Of a DNA stretch of 64,000 nt, positions 31,882 to 45,147 are shown one piece after another. Source of the DNA: the human T2T-CHM13v2.0 reference genome, Homo sapiens. The notes under the pieces are model-generated. The model saw nothing but the letters and a program-made list of their open reading frames with translations. It searched no databases and was not told the DNA's origin. The stretch lies in NCBI RefSeq assembly GCF_009914755.1, contig NC_060927.1; one strand, given 5' to 3'. Each line of letters opens with the position of its first letter. Position 1 is the stretch's first letter. A program made the position numbers and the translations under genes.

Positions 31882-32187
31882 AGCCAGATGCAGTGGCTCA
31901 CATCTGTAATTCCAGCACTTTGGGAGGCTGAGGTGGGTGGATCACGAGGTCAGGAGATCGAGACCATCCTGGCTAACACAGTGAAACCCCATCTCTACTA
32001 AAAATACAAAAAATTAGCCAGGAGTGGTGGTGGGCACCTGTAGTCCCATCTACTCAGGAGGCTGAGGCAGGAGAATGGCATGAATGCAGGAGGCGGAGCT
32101 TGCAGCGAGCCGAGATCGTGCCACCGCACTCCAGCCTGGGTGACAGAGTGAGACTCTGTCTCAAAAAAAAAAAAAAAAAAAAAAAAA
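31882..32187 (+). mobile_element. AluY in L1 ORF1
   Basis: AluY diagnostics gagatcgagaccatcctggctaac, gagaatggc, ggagcttgcag; long A tail; TSD core gcaattt. Confidence 0.95.
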
Positions 32188-32428
32188 GGCAATTTAAACC
32201 CAGCATTTCATACCAGGCAAAACTAAGGTTCATAAGTGAAGGAGAAATAAGATATTTTTCAGACAAGCCAATGTTAAAGAATTCCTTACCACTAGACCTG
32301 CTCCTGAAGGAAGAGCTAAATACGGAAATGAAAAACCACTACTAGCCACTACAAAAACACATTAAAGTACACAGAGCAGTAAAACTATAAAGCAACCACA
32401 TAAGCAAGTCTGCAAAATAGCCAGCTAG

Positions 32429-32757
<329 letters not shown>

Positions 32758-33644
32758 CACACATAACAATATTAACCTTAAGTGTAAATGGGCTAAATGC
32801 CCCATTAAAAGACATAGAGTAGTAGCAAGCTGAATAAAAAGTCAAGACTCATTTGTCTGCTCTCTTCAAGAGACCCATCTCATATGCAAAGACATACATA
32901 TGCTCAAAATAAAGAAATGGAGGAAAGTTTACCAAGCAAATGGAAAAGAGAAAAAAAAAAGGCATTGAAATCTTAATTTCTGACAAGATGGTCTTTAAAT
33001 GAACCAAGATCAAAAAAGACAAAGAAGGACATTACATAATGGTAAAGGGTTCAATTCAACAAGAAAACCTAACAATCCTAAATATATATGCACCCAAAAC
33101 AGAAGCACCCAGATTTATAAAGTAAGTTCTTAGAGACCTTCACAGAGACTTAGACCCCCACACAATAATAGTTGGAGACTTTAACACCCTACTGACAATA
33201 TTAGACAGATCACTGAGACAGAAAATTAACAAAGATATTCAGGACATGAACTCAGCACTGAATTAAATTGATCTTATAGACATCTACAGAATTTTCCACC
33301 CCAAAATGACAGAATATACATTCTTCTCATCACCACATGGCACTTACTCTAATATCAATCACATAATGCAAAGTAAAACACTCCCCAGCAAATGCAAAAT
33401 AATTGAAATCACAACAAATAGTCTCTTGGACCACACAGAGCACAATCAAATTAGAACTCAAGACTAAGAAATTCACTCAAAACCATAGAATTACATGGAA
33501 ATTGAATAACCTTCTCCAGAATAGCTGCTGAATAAATAATGAAATTAAGGCAGAAATCAAGAAGTTCTTTGAAACTAATGAGATGAAGATACAACATACC
33601 AGACTCTCTGGGACACAACTAAGGCAGTGTTAAGAGGGAAATTT

Positions 33645-33950
<306 letters not shown>

Positions 33951-36900
33951 GGCGGGGGGAGGAGATTTATAGCACTAAATACTTACATGAAAGCTAGGAA
34001 GATCTCAAATTAACAACCTAACATTAAAAGAACTAGAGAACCAAGAGCAAATAAACCCCAAATCTAGAAGAAGACAAAATATATCCAAAATTGGAGCTGA
34101 ACTGAAGGAGATAGAGACATGAAAAGCCATTCAAACGATCAACGAATCCAGGAGCTGGTTTTTTCAAATAAATAAATAAATAAAATAGACCACTTAGCTA
34201 GAGTAACAAAGAAAAGAGAGAAGATTCAAATAAACACAATTAGAAAGAGGGATATTACCATCAACCCCACAGAAATACAAACATCCAACAGAGAATATTA
34301 TAAACATCTCTATGCACATAAGCTAAAAAATCTAGAAGAAATGGATAAAATTCCTGGACACATACATCCTCCCAAGACAGAACCAAACAGAAACTGAGTC
34401 CCTGAACAGACCAATAACAAACTCTGAAATTGAGGCAGTAATAAATAGCCTACCAACTAAAAAAAGCCAAAGACAGACATATTCACAGATGAATTCTACC
34501 AGATGTACAAAGAAGAGCTGTTACTTTCCTACTGAAACAATTTCAAAAAATTGAAAAGAAGGGAATCCTCCCTAACTCATTCTATGAGACCAGCATCATC
34601 CCAATACTAAGACCTGGCAGGGACACAATAAAAAAAGACAACTTTGGGCCAATATTTTTGATGAACATTGATGCAAAAAGCCTCTACAAAATACTGGGAA
34701 ACAGAATCCAGCAGCACATCAAAAAGCCTATCCACCACAATCAAGTGGGCTTTATTCCTGGGATGCAAATTTGGTTTAACATATGCAAATCAATAAATAT
34801 GATTCATCACATAAACAGAACTAAAGACAAAAATGACATGATTAACTCAATAGATACAGAAAAGGCTTTTGATAAAATTTAACATCATTTCATGTTAAAA
34901 ACTCTCAATATACTAGATATTAAGGAACATACCTCAAAATAATAACAACCTTTATGACAAACCCACAGCCAACATCATATGGAATGGGTAAAAGCTAGAA
35001 GCATTCCCCTTGAAAACCAGCACAAGACAATGATGCCCTCTCTCGCCACTCCTATTCAACATGGTATTGGAAGTTCTGGCCACAACAATGAGGCAAGATA
35101 AAGAAATAAAGAGCATTCAAATAGAAAGAGAGGAAGTCATACTATCTCAGTTTGAGGATGACATAATCCTATATCTAGAAAACCCCATCATCTCAGGCCA
35201 AAAGCTTCTTAAGCTGATAAATAACTAAAGCAAAGTCTCAGGATACAAAATCAATGTGCAAAAATCACTAGCATTCTTATATACCAATAAGAGTCACTGA
35301 CAGCCAAATCACAAACTCCCATTCACAATTACCACAAAAGGAATAAAACATTTAAGAATACAGCTAACAAAGGAAGTAAAAGATCTCTATAAGAAGAACC
35401 TCAAACCACTACTCAAAAAAATCACAGATGACACAAACAAATGAAAAAACTTTCCATGTCATGGATAGGAAGAATCAATATTGTTAAAATGGCTATATTG
35501 CCCAAAGCAATTTACAGATTCAATGCTATTCCCATTAAACTACCACTGACATTCTTCACAGAACCTGAAAAATCTGTTTTAAAATTCATATGGAATTAAA
35601 AAAGAGCCTAAATAGCCAAGGAAATCCTAAGCAAAAAGAACAAAGGGGGAGACATCATGCTGCCAGACTTTAGATTATACTACAGGGCCACCAGCAACCA
35701 AAACAGCTTGGTACTGGTACAAAAACAGAAACATAGGCTAATGAAACAGAATAGAGAATCCAGAAATAAGACTACGCACAGAAAACTTTCTGATCTGCAA
35801 TAAACCTGACAAAAACAAGCAATGGAGAAAGGACTACTATTCAGTAAATGGTGCTGGGATAACTGGCTAGCCATATGCAGAAAATTGAAACAGGACCCCT
35901 TCCTTATAACATATACAAAAATTAGCTCAAGAAGGATTAAAAACTCAAGTGTAAAAGCCAGAACTATAAAATTCCCAGAAGAATACTTAGGCAATATCAT
36001 TCAGGACATAGGCAAATATTTCATGACGAAGATGCCAAAAGCAATTGCAACAAAACCAAAAATTGACAATGGGATCTAATTACACTAAAGAGCTTCTGCA
36101 CAGCAAAAGAAACTATTAACAGAATAAACAGATAACCTACAGAATGGAAGAAAATTTCTGCAAACTATGCATCTGATAAAGGTCTAATATCCAGCATCTA
36201 TAAAAATCTTACAATAAATTTACAAGAAAGAAATGAACAACCCCTTTAAAAGTGAGCAAAGGACAGGAACACACACTTCTCAAAAAAGACATACATCTGA
36301 CCCACAAGCATATGAAAAAAATCTCAACTCACTAATCATCAGAGTAATGTAAATCAAAACCATAATGAGATATCATCTCACACCAGTCAGAATAGCTAAA
36401 AGTAAAAAAATAACAGACGCTGGCAAGGTTGTGGAGCAAAAGTTTCACTTACCTTGTTGGTGGGAGTATAAATTTGTTGAATTGTAGTGGAAGACAGTGT
36501 GGCAATTCCTCAAAGACCTAAAAGCAAAACACCATTCAACCCAGCAATCCCATTACTGGGTATATACCCAAAGAAATATGAACGGTTCTATTATAGAGAC
36601 ACATGTACACATATCTTCACTGCAGGACTATTCACAATACCAAAGATGCGGAATCAACCCAAATGCCCATCAATGATAGGCTGCATAAGGAAAATGTGGT
36701 ACATATACACCATGGAAGACTATACATCCATGAAACAGAATGAGATTTGCCCTTTGGAGGGACACGGATGGAGCTGGAGACCATTATCTGTAGCAAACTA
36801 ATGTAGGAACAGAAAACCAAATGTCATGTGTTCTCATTCGTAAGTGGGAGCTAAATAATGAAAACATATGGATACATAGAGAGGAACAACACACACTGGG

Positions 36901-37082
36901 GCCAATCAGAGGGTGGAGGGTAAGAGGAGGAAGAAAAGCAGAAAAAGTAACTAATGGATATTAGGCTTATACATGGGTGATAAAATAATCTGTACAACCA
37001 ACCTCCATGACACAGATTTACCTATGTAACAATCCTGCACACCCTGCACATATACCCCTGAACTTAAAAGTTTTTTAAAAAG

Positions 37083-38830
37083 TTTACATGGAGATGAAAA
37101 AGACTCAGAATATAGTTAACAAAATATTAAAGGACAAGAACAAAGTTTGAGAACTAACATTATCAGATTTCAAAACATTCTAAACCTACAGCTATTACAA
37201 GAGTATGGTGTTGGCAAAAGAATAGCAAATAGATTGGTGAAACAGAATAGATGGCCCAGAAATTGAGCCACATAAATATAGTCAACTGATGTTTGACAAA
37301 AGAGCAAAGACAATGCAATGGAGAAGAGACAGTTTTTTCTAATAAATAATGTTGAGAAAAAGTGGAAATCTACATTTAAAAAATGACTCTAGACACAAAC
37401 CTTACACCCCACACAAATGGATTTGTAAATGAACTCAAAATGGATTGCAGATCTAAACATAAAACATGGAATTATAATACTGCTAAAAGATAACATAGGA
37501 GAAAGTCTACGTGATGTGGGGTTTGGTGATGGCTTTTCAGATACAACATCAAAGTCATGATCAATGAAAAAAATTGATAAGCTGGACTTCATTAAAATTA
37601 CAAATTTCTGTTCTGTGAAAGACACTGTTAAGTAAATGAAAGGACAAGCCACAGACTGAATGAAAATATTAATATTTGTAAAAGACATAACAAATAAAGG
37701 ACTGTTATTCAAAACATACAAATATCTTTTAAAACTCAAAAACAGGAACATAAACAACTCTAGTAAAAAAGTTAGCTAAAGACCTTAACAGATATCTCAC
37801 CAAAGAAGACATTCAGCTGGCAAGTAAAATGTATGAAAAGATGCTCCACATTATATGACATAAGTGAAATGCAAATGAAAACAGCAGTGACCATTGCACA
37901 CATATTAGAATGACCAAATTTCAACACTCACAACACCAAATACTGCCCAGAATGTGGACCCATAGAAACTCTCATTCCTTGGCAGTGGCAATGTGAAATA
38001 GTACAACTGTTTTGGAAGAAAGAGTGGCAGTTACTTAAAAAACAAACACCCTCTTACTATAAGGTTCAGAAATCACACTACTGGGTATTTAACCAAAGGT
38101 GTTGAAAACCCGTATCCACACAAAACCTGCACACAGATATTTAGAGCAGCTTTATTCATAAGTTGCAAACTTGGAAGCAACCAAAATGCCCTTCGGTAGG
38201 TGAAAGAAAAAATCAACAGCAGTACATCCAGAAAATGGAATTTATTTAGTGCTGAAAAGAATGAGCTATAGAGCCAGGAAAAGACATGGAGGAATCCTAA
38301 ATGCATATTAGTGAGTGAGAGAAGCCAATCTGAATAGGCTGCATCCTGTGTGATCCCAACTGTATGGCATTTTGGAAAAGGCAAAGCTATGGGGGCAGTA
38401 AAAAGTCAGTGGTTGATATGGAATGATCATATTTTGTTAGATGTATACTTTAGTATTGGGGGGTGGGGAGAATGACTAATAGGCAGAGCACAGAGAATGT
38501 ATGGAAAGTGAAAATATTCTATATGAATGTGTAATTACAGATACATGTCATTGTACATTTATCCAAACCCATAAAAGGTACAACACCAAGAGTGAACCCT
38601 AATGTAAACCATGCACTTTGGATGATAATGAGGTGTGAATGTATGTTCCTGATTGTAACAAATGTACCAGTCTGGTGGGAGATGTTGATAATGGGAGAGG
38701 TTGTGCTTATGGGGGCAGTGGGTGTACAGAAATCTCTGTACCTCCTGCTCATTTTCGCTGTGACTACATTCTGCATGATTCCTACACCCTGTATGATAAA
38801 ACTGCTCTAAAAAATAAGGTCTATTAAAAA
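37083..38830 (+). mobile_element. L1MC1-like ORF2 3' part plus 3' UTR
   Basis: acaacaccaagagtgaaccctaatgtaaac...aacaaatgtacca...aaaactgctctaaaaaataaggtctatt. Confidence 0.88.
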
Positions 38831-39350
38831 TTAATGTTATAAGAATACATTCCTTGATCTAAAGAAACAGAACCATAGGGTGAATCCTAGGAGTTTTCAT
38901 TTATATAAATTTACTCAGACGATTATTATACATGTTAAATTTTAGAAAGTTCATTTTAAAAATAATTAAATAGAGTGAGATCAATACAGAATCCTAGACC
39001 CACTAAATATTTTTATCCCAGGTACTAAAGTGAGTGAACAATCTTGACAGTGGGACCTAAGAAAAAACTTGAAAATAATTGAGAAAATTGTCTTTTAATG
39101 AGTAGAACCCGTTTCATGAGATAATCTTGTTTTCCAATAAAACAGCACTATCATCTTCGTAGTGCATGAAACAGATATGAACAGGTACTAGAGCATGGGG
39201 TAATTTTTATAAAGGTCTGAATTAAAACACATTTGGGGGGCTGACAATAAAACATCCCAAGTTCTTTTTTTGTATTAACATTCATGTGCATATAGGCTAA
39301 TTAGTAAAAGGAATAAACAGCAGAAATGTGATTGTAAAAAATATCTACAT

Positions 39351-39659
39351 GGCTGGGCACAGTGGTTCATGCCTGTCATCCTAGCACTTTGGGAGGCGGA
39401 GGCAGGAGGATCACTTGAGCCCAAGAGTTTGAGACAAACCTGGAAAATATAGTGAGACCCATCCCTACAAAAATTAAAAACACATGGTGGCATGTGTTGC
39501 TGCCCACCTACTCAGGAGGCTGAGGTGGGAAGATTGCTTAGCCCAGTAGGTCAAGGCTGCAATGAGCCATGATATCAAGGCTGCAGTGAGCCATGATTAC
39601 ACACTGCACTCCAGCCTGGGCAACAGAGGAAGAACCTGTCTCACAAAGAAAAAGAAAAA

Positions 39660-39667
<8 letters not shown>
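39351..39667 (+). mobile_element. AluJ-like with an internal 24-bp tandem duplication
   Basis: J-type ggatcacttgagccc and ggtcaaggctgc; A tail. Confidence 0.93.

Positions 39668-39740
<73 letters not shown>
39668..39740. repeat. Compound (AT)n(GT)n microsatellite
   Basis: About 52 bp of pure AT followed directly by a GT run. Confidence 0.95.
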
Positions 39741-39814
39741 AGTGAAATTGACCTTTTTAGAAATTTTATAAGTAATTACATTGCTATTTTTGATACATAT
39801 AAATGACCAATCCA

Positions 39815-40200
39815 TAATTGTCCATTCAGTTTACTCATTTCTTTAGGAAAATCTATTGATTTTACATTATGTTCAATAAGTGTACAAGACAAAGTACTCA
39901 TAGAGAATACAACATGTGGAATTGTAAGGAAGATTCATAGTTGGGGAATCTAGATAGTTTGGTAAAAATAGACAGGGGTGGATATCAAAAGTGGAGAGCA
40001 ATGAAAAACAAAGGGGAATAGGATTCTGATCATAATGGATTCTGTATGTCATGCTGGGATTGGAAATGTATCCTGAAAATGCTACAGAGGGACTGAGAAA
40101 TTTAAATAAAGAGTATAGCATAATTGAATTATTTTAGAAATATAGCTATATTTTATATAATTTCTATGGAGGATAAAGAGGTGAGAGGAGTTTCAATATA
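39815..40200 (-). mobile_element. Decayed L2
   Basis: ccattcagtttactcatttc...tattga and tgtatcctgaaaatg..gagggactgagaaatttaaataaagag...ttttagaaa resemble reverse L2. Confidence 0.5.
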
Positions 40201-40519
40201 GGAAAAAAAAACATCTTTTTTCATGTATATAACTTTAGGAAACGAAACTGAATGTTTAGGACTAGCAAGAGAAAAAAATGAGAAAATTTTTGATGGAACC
40301 TATACAGATGAATTTATACTCTGTTCCCTATTGTTTTCAGATATTATAGCTACTGTTAATCACAGTGTAAATATGGCTATTCATTGTTTTAAATTGCCAT
40401 GTATTTAATTAGATTCCACATATCAACTCTAAGAGGTTGTAAATTTTGTGTCATGATTTGTGTCACTACATAGGAAAAATAAATAAATTTCTAGCTTAAC
40501 TTTTACACAGTGCTGAGTT

Positions 40520-40597
40520 GCCATTAATTGTAAAATGGATTCCAGTTTCACAGATAATAACATGAGAAAATGTGCATCTCAGAATTGATAAAATACA
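40520..40597 (-). mobile_element. MER104-like (TcMar-Tc2) fragment
   Basis: aaaatgtgcatctcagaattgataaaataca is the reverse of the TIR cgtatttcatcgattctaagatgcacatttt. Confidence 0.65.
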
Positions 40598-40694
40598 TTT
40601 TAATTTTGGAACTTGATTTTAGATCTTCTCAAAAAACATTTTACTTTTATAAATCTCAGTTTGAAATGACTAATTAATAAAATATATTATAGGG

Positions 40695-40965
40695 GCCTGG
40701 AATCCCAGCATTTGGGGAGGCTGAGGCAGGTGGATCACTTGAGGTCAGGAGTTAGAGACCAGCCTGGTCAACATGGTGAAACCCCATTTCTACTAAAAAT
40801 ACAAAAAGTTAGCTAGACGTGGTGGTCCATGCCTGTATTCCCAGCTAATCAAGGCTGAGGCAGGAGAATAGCTTGAACCCAGGAGGTGAAGGTTGCAGTG
40901 AGGTGAGATGTTGTCACTGCACTCCAGCCTGGGTGACACAGCAAGACTCCATCTCAAAAAAAAAA
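40695..40965 (+). mobile_element. Alu (AluS-like), 5' clipped
   Basis: gcctggaatcccagcatttgggg...gactccatctcaaaaaa. Confidence 0.95.
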
Positions 40966-40966
40966 T

Positions 40967-41129
40967 TATATATGTGTGTGTGTGTGTATATGTGTGTGTG
41001 TATGTATATATATATATATATACACACACACACATATACACACACACACATATATATACACACACACATATATATACACACACATATATATACATACACA
41101 TATATATATGTGTGTGTGTCTGTGTGTGT
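40967..41129. repeat. Complex (TG)/(TA)/(CA) microsatellite, quasi-palindromic
   Basis: TG arm, TA centre, CA arm, then a further TG run. Confidence 0.95.
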
Positions 41130-42510
41130 TATAGGTATGAGAAGATCCATAGAAATTAGACTTACAAAAATATGCAGGGCAGACTTCCCCAAAATGACAA
41201 CTGGAGCAAATCTTTTTCTCTGCCAGCACCACTGATTGATGGAAAAGGAGGGATGGTCTTATCATTTTTTGCCAGCTCTGTAAATGAAATTTAGATCCTT
41301 AAAAGACTCTACTGGTAAAACAATCCCCTTGCCTCCTTGCTGTCCAGCCATTGCTAAGTAGTACCACTGGTAAAATAACATGGTTAATTTTTACCTCAGT
41401 AGAAGTCTGCCAAGTAATGTAATTTTGTTAAGTCACTAGTTTTAAAATTTCATAGCAGCCCTTTCATTAGAACCCTAAAAGATGTTCAATAGCTGTTAAT
41501 TATGAAACAATTTCTCCAATGAGACAATCACTATGTCACCATTTATATGTTAATATAAAATCAACTTTCACTGCATTTGTCATTTGGTTGATTTAGCCTT
41601 CTGACTCTTACCTAAATTTCCTGGCTGTTTGTCCACTGCTCCCTCAGTCCTGTGTACTATTTTAAAATACAGTCTTGTTTTATTGACACATCTTAACTAA
41701 GAATAGTATGCCATCTTTTGAAGATTAATTTATAAAAATGGTATTATGAAAAAAGGTTATTCAAATCTGACATTATATATAATATATATACATTAGACAC
41801 GATTTAAAAGTAAAAATTTTATACCCTTGAGATAGATTTTAGGTTTTCAAAATGACAAAAATGTATTTGCTTTGCAATATACACTGAGACAATTTATAGC
41901 AGCCTGTGTAATTAACATAATCCTAATTTCTTCGCTTCCCAATTAAAGCATCTTTGTCTCCTTATCTTTTCACTTCTAATTTTGTCTAACCATTTTCACC
42001 TTTGAGGTTATACACTTGTTTTAAAGGGGACAGTGTAGTACACAGTTTTTTTTATATAGTCATCTCTCAAAAATTGCTTATTGAATAAATTAATTCTGAC
42101 CTCTAGAGTTTTGCACTAACTGATAAATAATAAAACTCATTTTAATTAAGTAAACATATTCAGAAGTTTTAAAATTTTCAGGTTAACTATGTCAATGTAA
42201 AGATTTAGGGCATTTCAAATTATCTGTGCAATAAAATAGAAGTAAAAGGAGAATACAGAGTAGAATCTAAAATAGAAACCTCAAGTTTTGATAACTATTT
42301 CCCCTTATTCTCTTTCAAACATGTAGTAGCAATAAGACACTATTAGAATTTTTATAGGAGAAATATGCTTGGTGTAAAATGCTAAGAAAAAATTGGCAAG
42401 TGATTTTCGGTAAACCACACATAGTTACCACAGAATTCTCAAAATTTCTATTATAGTGATCTTAGAAAACAAGATATTCAGTAGTATAAAGCAATAAAGA
42501 TTCTAGAAAT

Positions 42511-42588
42511 TCAGGTTGGTGAAAAGTAATTGTGGTTTTGCCATTACTTTTGAAGGCAAAAGCCACAATTACTTTTGCACCAAACTAA
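42511..42588. mobile_element. MADE1 (Hsmar1-derived MITE)
   Basis: aggttggtgaaaagtaattgtggttttgccattacttttgaaggcaaaagccacaattacttttgcaccaaactaa, a ~78-bp palindrome. Confidence 0.93.
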
Positions 42589-44434
42589 ATAACTCCGAAC
42601 ATATAACTTTTCCAGCTTAATGCAATACGTATTTACAAAATTAAAACTTTCAAATCAATAATTCAACTTCTGCAAATCATCTTGATGTTTACAATGATGC
42701 CTTTTAAGTTTTTTTCCTTGGTTAACCAACATGATGTTTCCCCAACCACAATTTCTGTCAGTTTGCCTAGTATTTACAGTTAGCTCTTTAAATTCACATG
42801 TAATTAAAGAAATTTTGAGAGTAGAAAACATCAGTGATACCATTCTTATATATGTGAAAAAACTAACAGTTTTCATAATTCACTTTCATAATATCCCATT
42901 TCAAACAGTACCCCACGGTATATTTTGCTTTTACATTGAATGGCAAAATAGACCACTGATGAAAGAGGAGTCATCCAATTACTATGAGCAAAGTAGCTTT
43001 AACTTCCTTTAGATATCTGCTAGCAAGATATAAAATGACACTTCCTGGACACTTCAGTAGCACAATAGGGCCTTTATTGATTTTCATAACGTGTTCTTCG
43101 GTCTAAGATGGGTCTCTTGAGAACTCCACTTCCCAGCATGAAAAAAAATTGCCTTTTCTATGTTTGAATTCTCAGGTCTGTCAATGCATCCCTAGCTGGA
43201 GACACTGTCATTTTAGTTCTATTTCTTTGTTGTTGATGTGTCTACACCTTGCTATTGTAGTGCCCTAATGGAACCTAGGGTCATAGGTCAAAGTATGAAA
43301 ACAAAAAATGAAATTGCTTAGCCTGTGAATCAATAAAAAAGACTCAACCCTTTTTCTAAGTATAAAATGTGCAACCAATGAAGTGTGATAAGTTCATTCA
43401 ACCTTGTACTAAAACTATAAATAGAATGCTTCTAACACCCAGCATTTATATTCTCAAATGAAGATAAATGGTTACTATGAATGTTCAACATATAATATCT
43501 AGATCAAGGAAAGCACCATAATCCATTTGCTATGTTGACTATAATATTGTATTATAATGTTAAAGTAACCTCAAAACAGCAGTGGACACACGTCTATTAT
43601 TATACTCCCTAAAAAAATCTAATTTCAAATTCTATGGAATAATAGTATACTCAAGAACTATCCTTATCTTTTAAACTCACTTTCTTTAAATAAAGTATTT
43701 GACAGTTAAAATTTCCCTTAGTGATTGCATCTAAGAAAACAAATTTTGATTTGAAATTAATTGAAATTAGACATAGAGAATAAAAATAATACTATAGTAT
43801 TTTCAAATGAGAATAGTATGTTTTTATAAGGTCTTTACATTTATTTCTGAGTGGTTGAATTTTGACATTTTTAACAATTTCATAGTTGTTATTTTTAATA
43901 TTTAATAATTTATTTCATTACTAAATAATTTATATATATTGATTTATTATATAACCACACTATCCCTAGAAATGGCCCACAGATTACTACCAAAAAGACA
44001 ACTATGCAAAAGTGTTTTGTAAAAATTTATTGTTTTAGATTATTCAAGTTTCATAGTAACCTCTTTTCATGGAATTATTGTTAAAAATACAAATTAAAAA
44101 ATATTTCTCTTCTTTCCATTTCATTCTTTCCACTTCTGGTCTTCTTTATTACATCTGAACTAGTTGCCTTAGTCAAAATATTAGATAAGGGGTAAATTCT
44201 CACAGTAATGTGACATAAAATACTTTGGCCATGATTTTGTTTGTTCAGAATTTTCTTCTATGGCCATGTACAATAATAAGTACATAACTCATATTGCCTT
44301 CTAATGAACTGTATTTCATTACCTACCATAACAAACTTTCTTGATGGAATATTAATAAATATTTAAGAACTTAAATTACAGTTTCAGTGCTTGAAACCAC
44401 CACTCAATATCAGGCCACACAAAGCCCATGAAAT

Positions 44435-45124
44435 TGATAGTGGCATGAGGCAGTCAAATTCCTAGGCAGATAGAGGCAGGTTCACTTTCAAGCCTAAGAC
44501 AGTTTAAAGCCTAGCTACAAAGTCTCAGGTAAATCCACAGACCACACTGAGAACCTCTCTTCCTGTTGGGCGTGTTTCCTCTGATTGATCTTCACCCTTC
44601 ACCTATTTTACATATACCTACCCTTCCTTAATTGATTTTTTGTCATGCGCACCTTTGAGTGGTGACTTTGTTTTAATCTTTTTTGCATACCTACAAACCA
44701 ATCAGCATGACTCCTCATTCTGAGCCCATAAAAGCCCCAGACCTAGCCACACTGAGGGAGAGACTACCCAACTTTGGGTGGTGTACCACCTTCACATCCG
44801 CCCTCCACTGAGAGATGTTTTGTCACTCAATAAAACAATTTTCTGCCCTCTTCACCCTTCGAGTTTCAGGATAACCTCATTCTTCTTGGATGTAGGACAA
44901 GAACTCGGGAATTGCCAAATGCAGCTAAGAGCTGTAACACAGGTGGACTGGGACATGCCCAGCCCAGCTGTGGTCTGAGCTGGTGCACAAGCCAGGTCTG
45001 TCCTGGTGGGCCAAGTGGGCAGGGTCCCTCCTGTGGCAGAGCTGGGACCAAGCAAGGCCAGGGCAGGAGTGTCACCAGCCCCAAGTCCCCGGCTGGCAAA
45101 GTGACCAAGAAAAATACTGTGTTA
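44435..45124 (+). promoter_or_regulatory. 5' LTR with CCAAT (44698), TATA-like CATAAAA (44727) and AATAAA (44829)
   Basis: Begins tgatagtggcatgaggcagtcaaattcctaggcagatag; motifs read directly from the sequence. Confidence 0.85.
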
Positions 45125-45127
45125 TTT

Positions 45128-45147
45128 TGGAGGTGCTTGTCTGGAAT
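45128..45147 (+). other. Degenerate tRNA-Pro primer-binding site
   Basis: tggaggtgcttgtctggaat versus PBS-Pro TGGGGGCTCGTCCGGGAT, just after the 5' LTR. Confidence 0.75.

Larger units (their letters stand above)
30736..32360 (+). pseudogene. Disrupted L1 ORF1p
   Basis: 122-aa open coiled-coil stretch (...INNRIDQVEKITSELED...EQNLKEMWNYVKRPNL), then stops and two Alu insertions. Confidence 0.9.

Noticed and set aside
37389-38827. Several 60-122-aa ORFs
   Set aside because: Sense and antisense read-outs of a decayed L1MC element.
40793-41265. Cluster of overlapping 83-120-aa ORFs
   Set aside because: Stop-free dinucleotide microsatellite ([12 protein letters not shown]) plus Alu.
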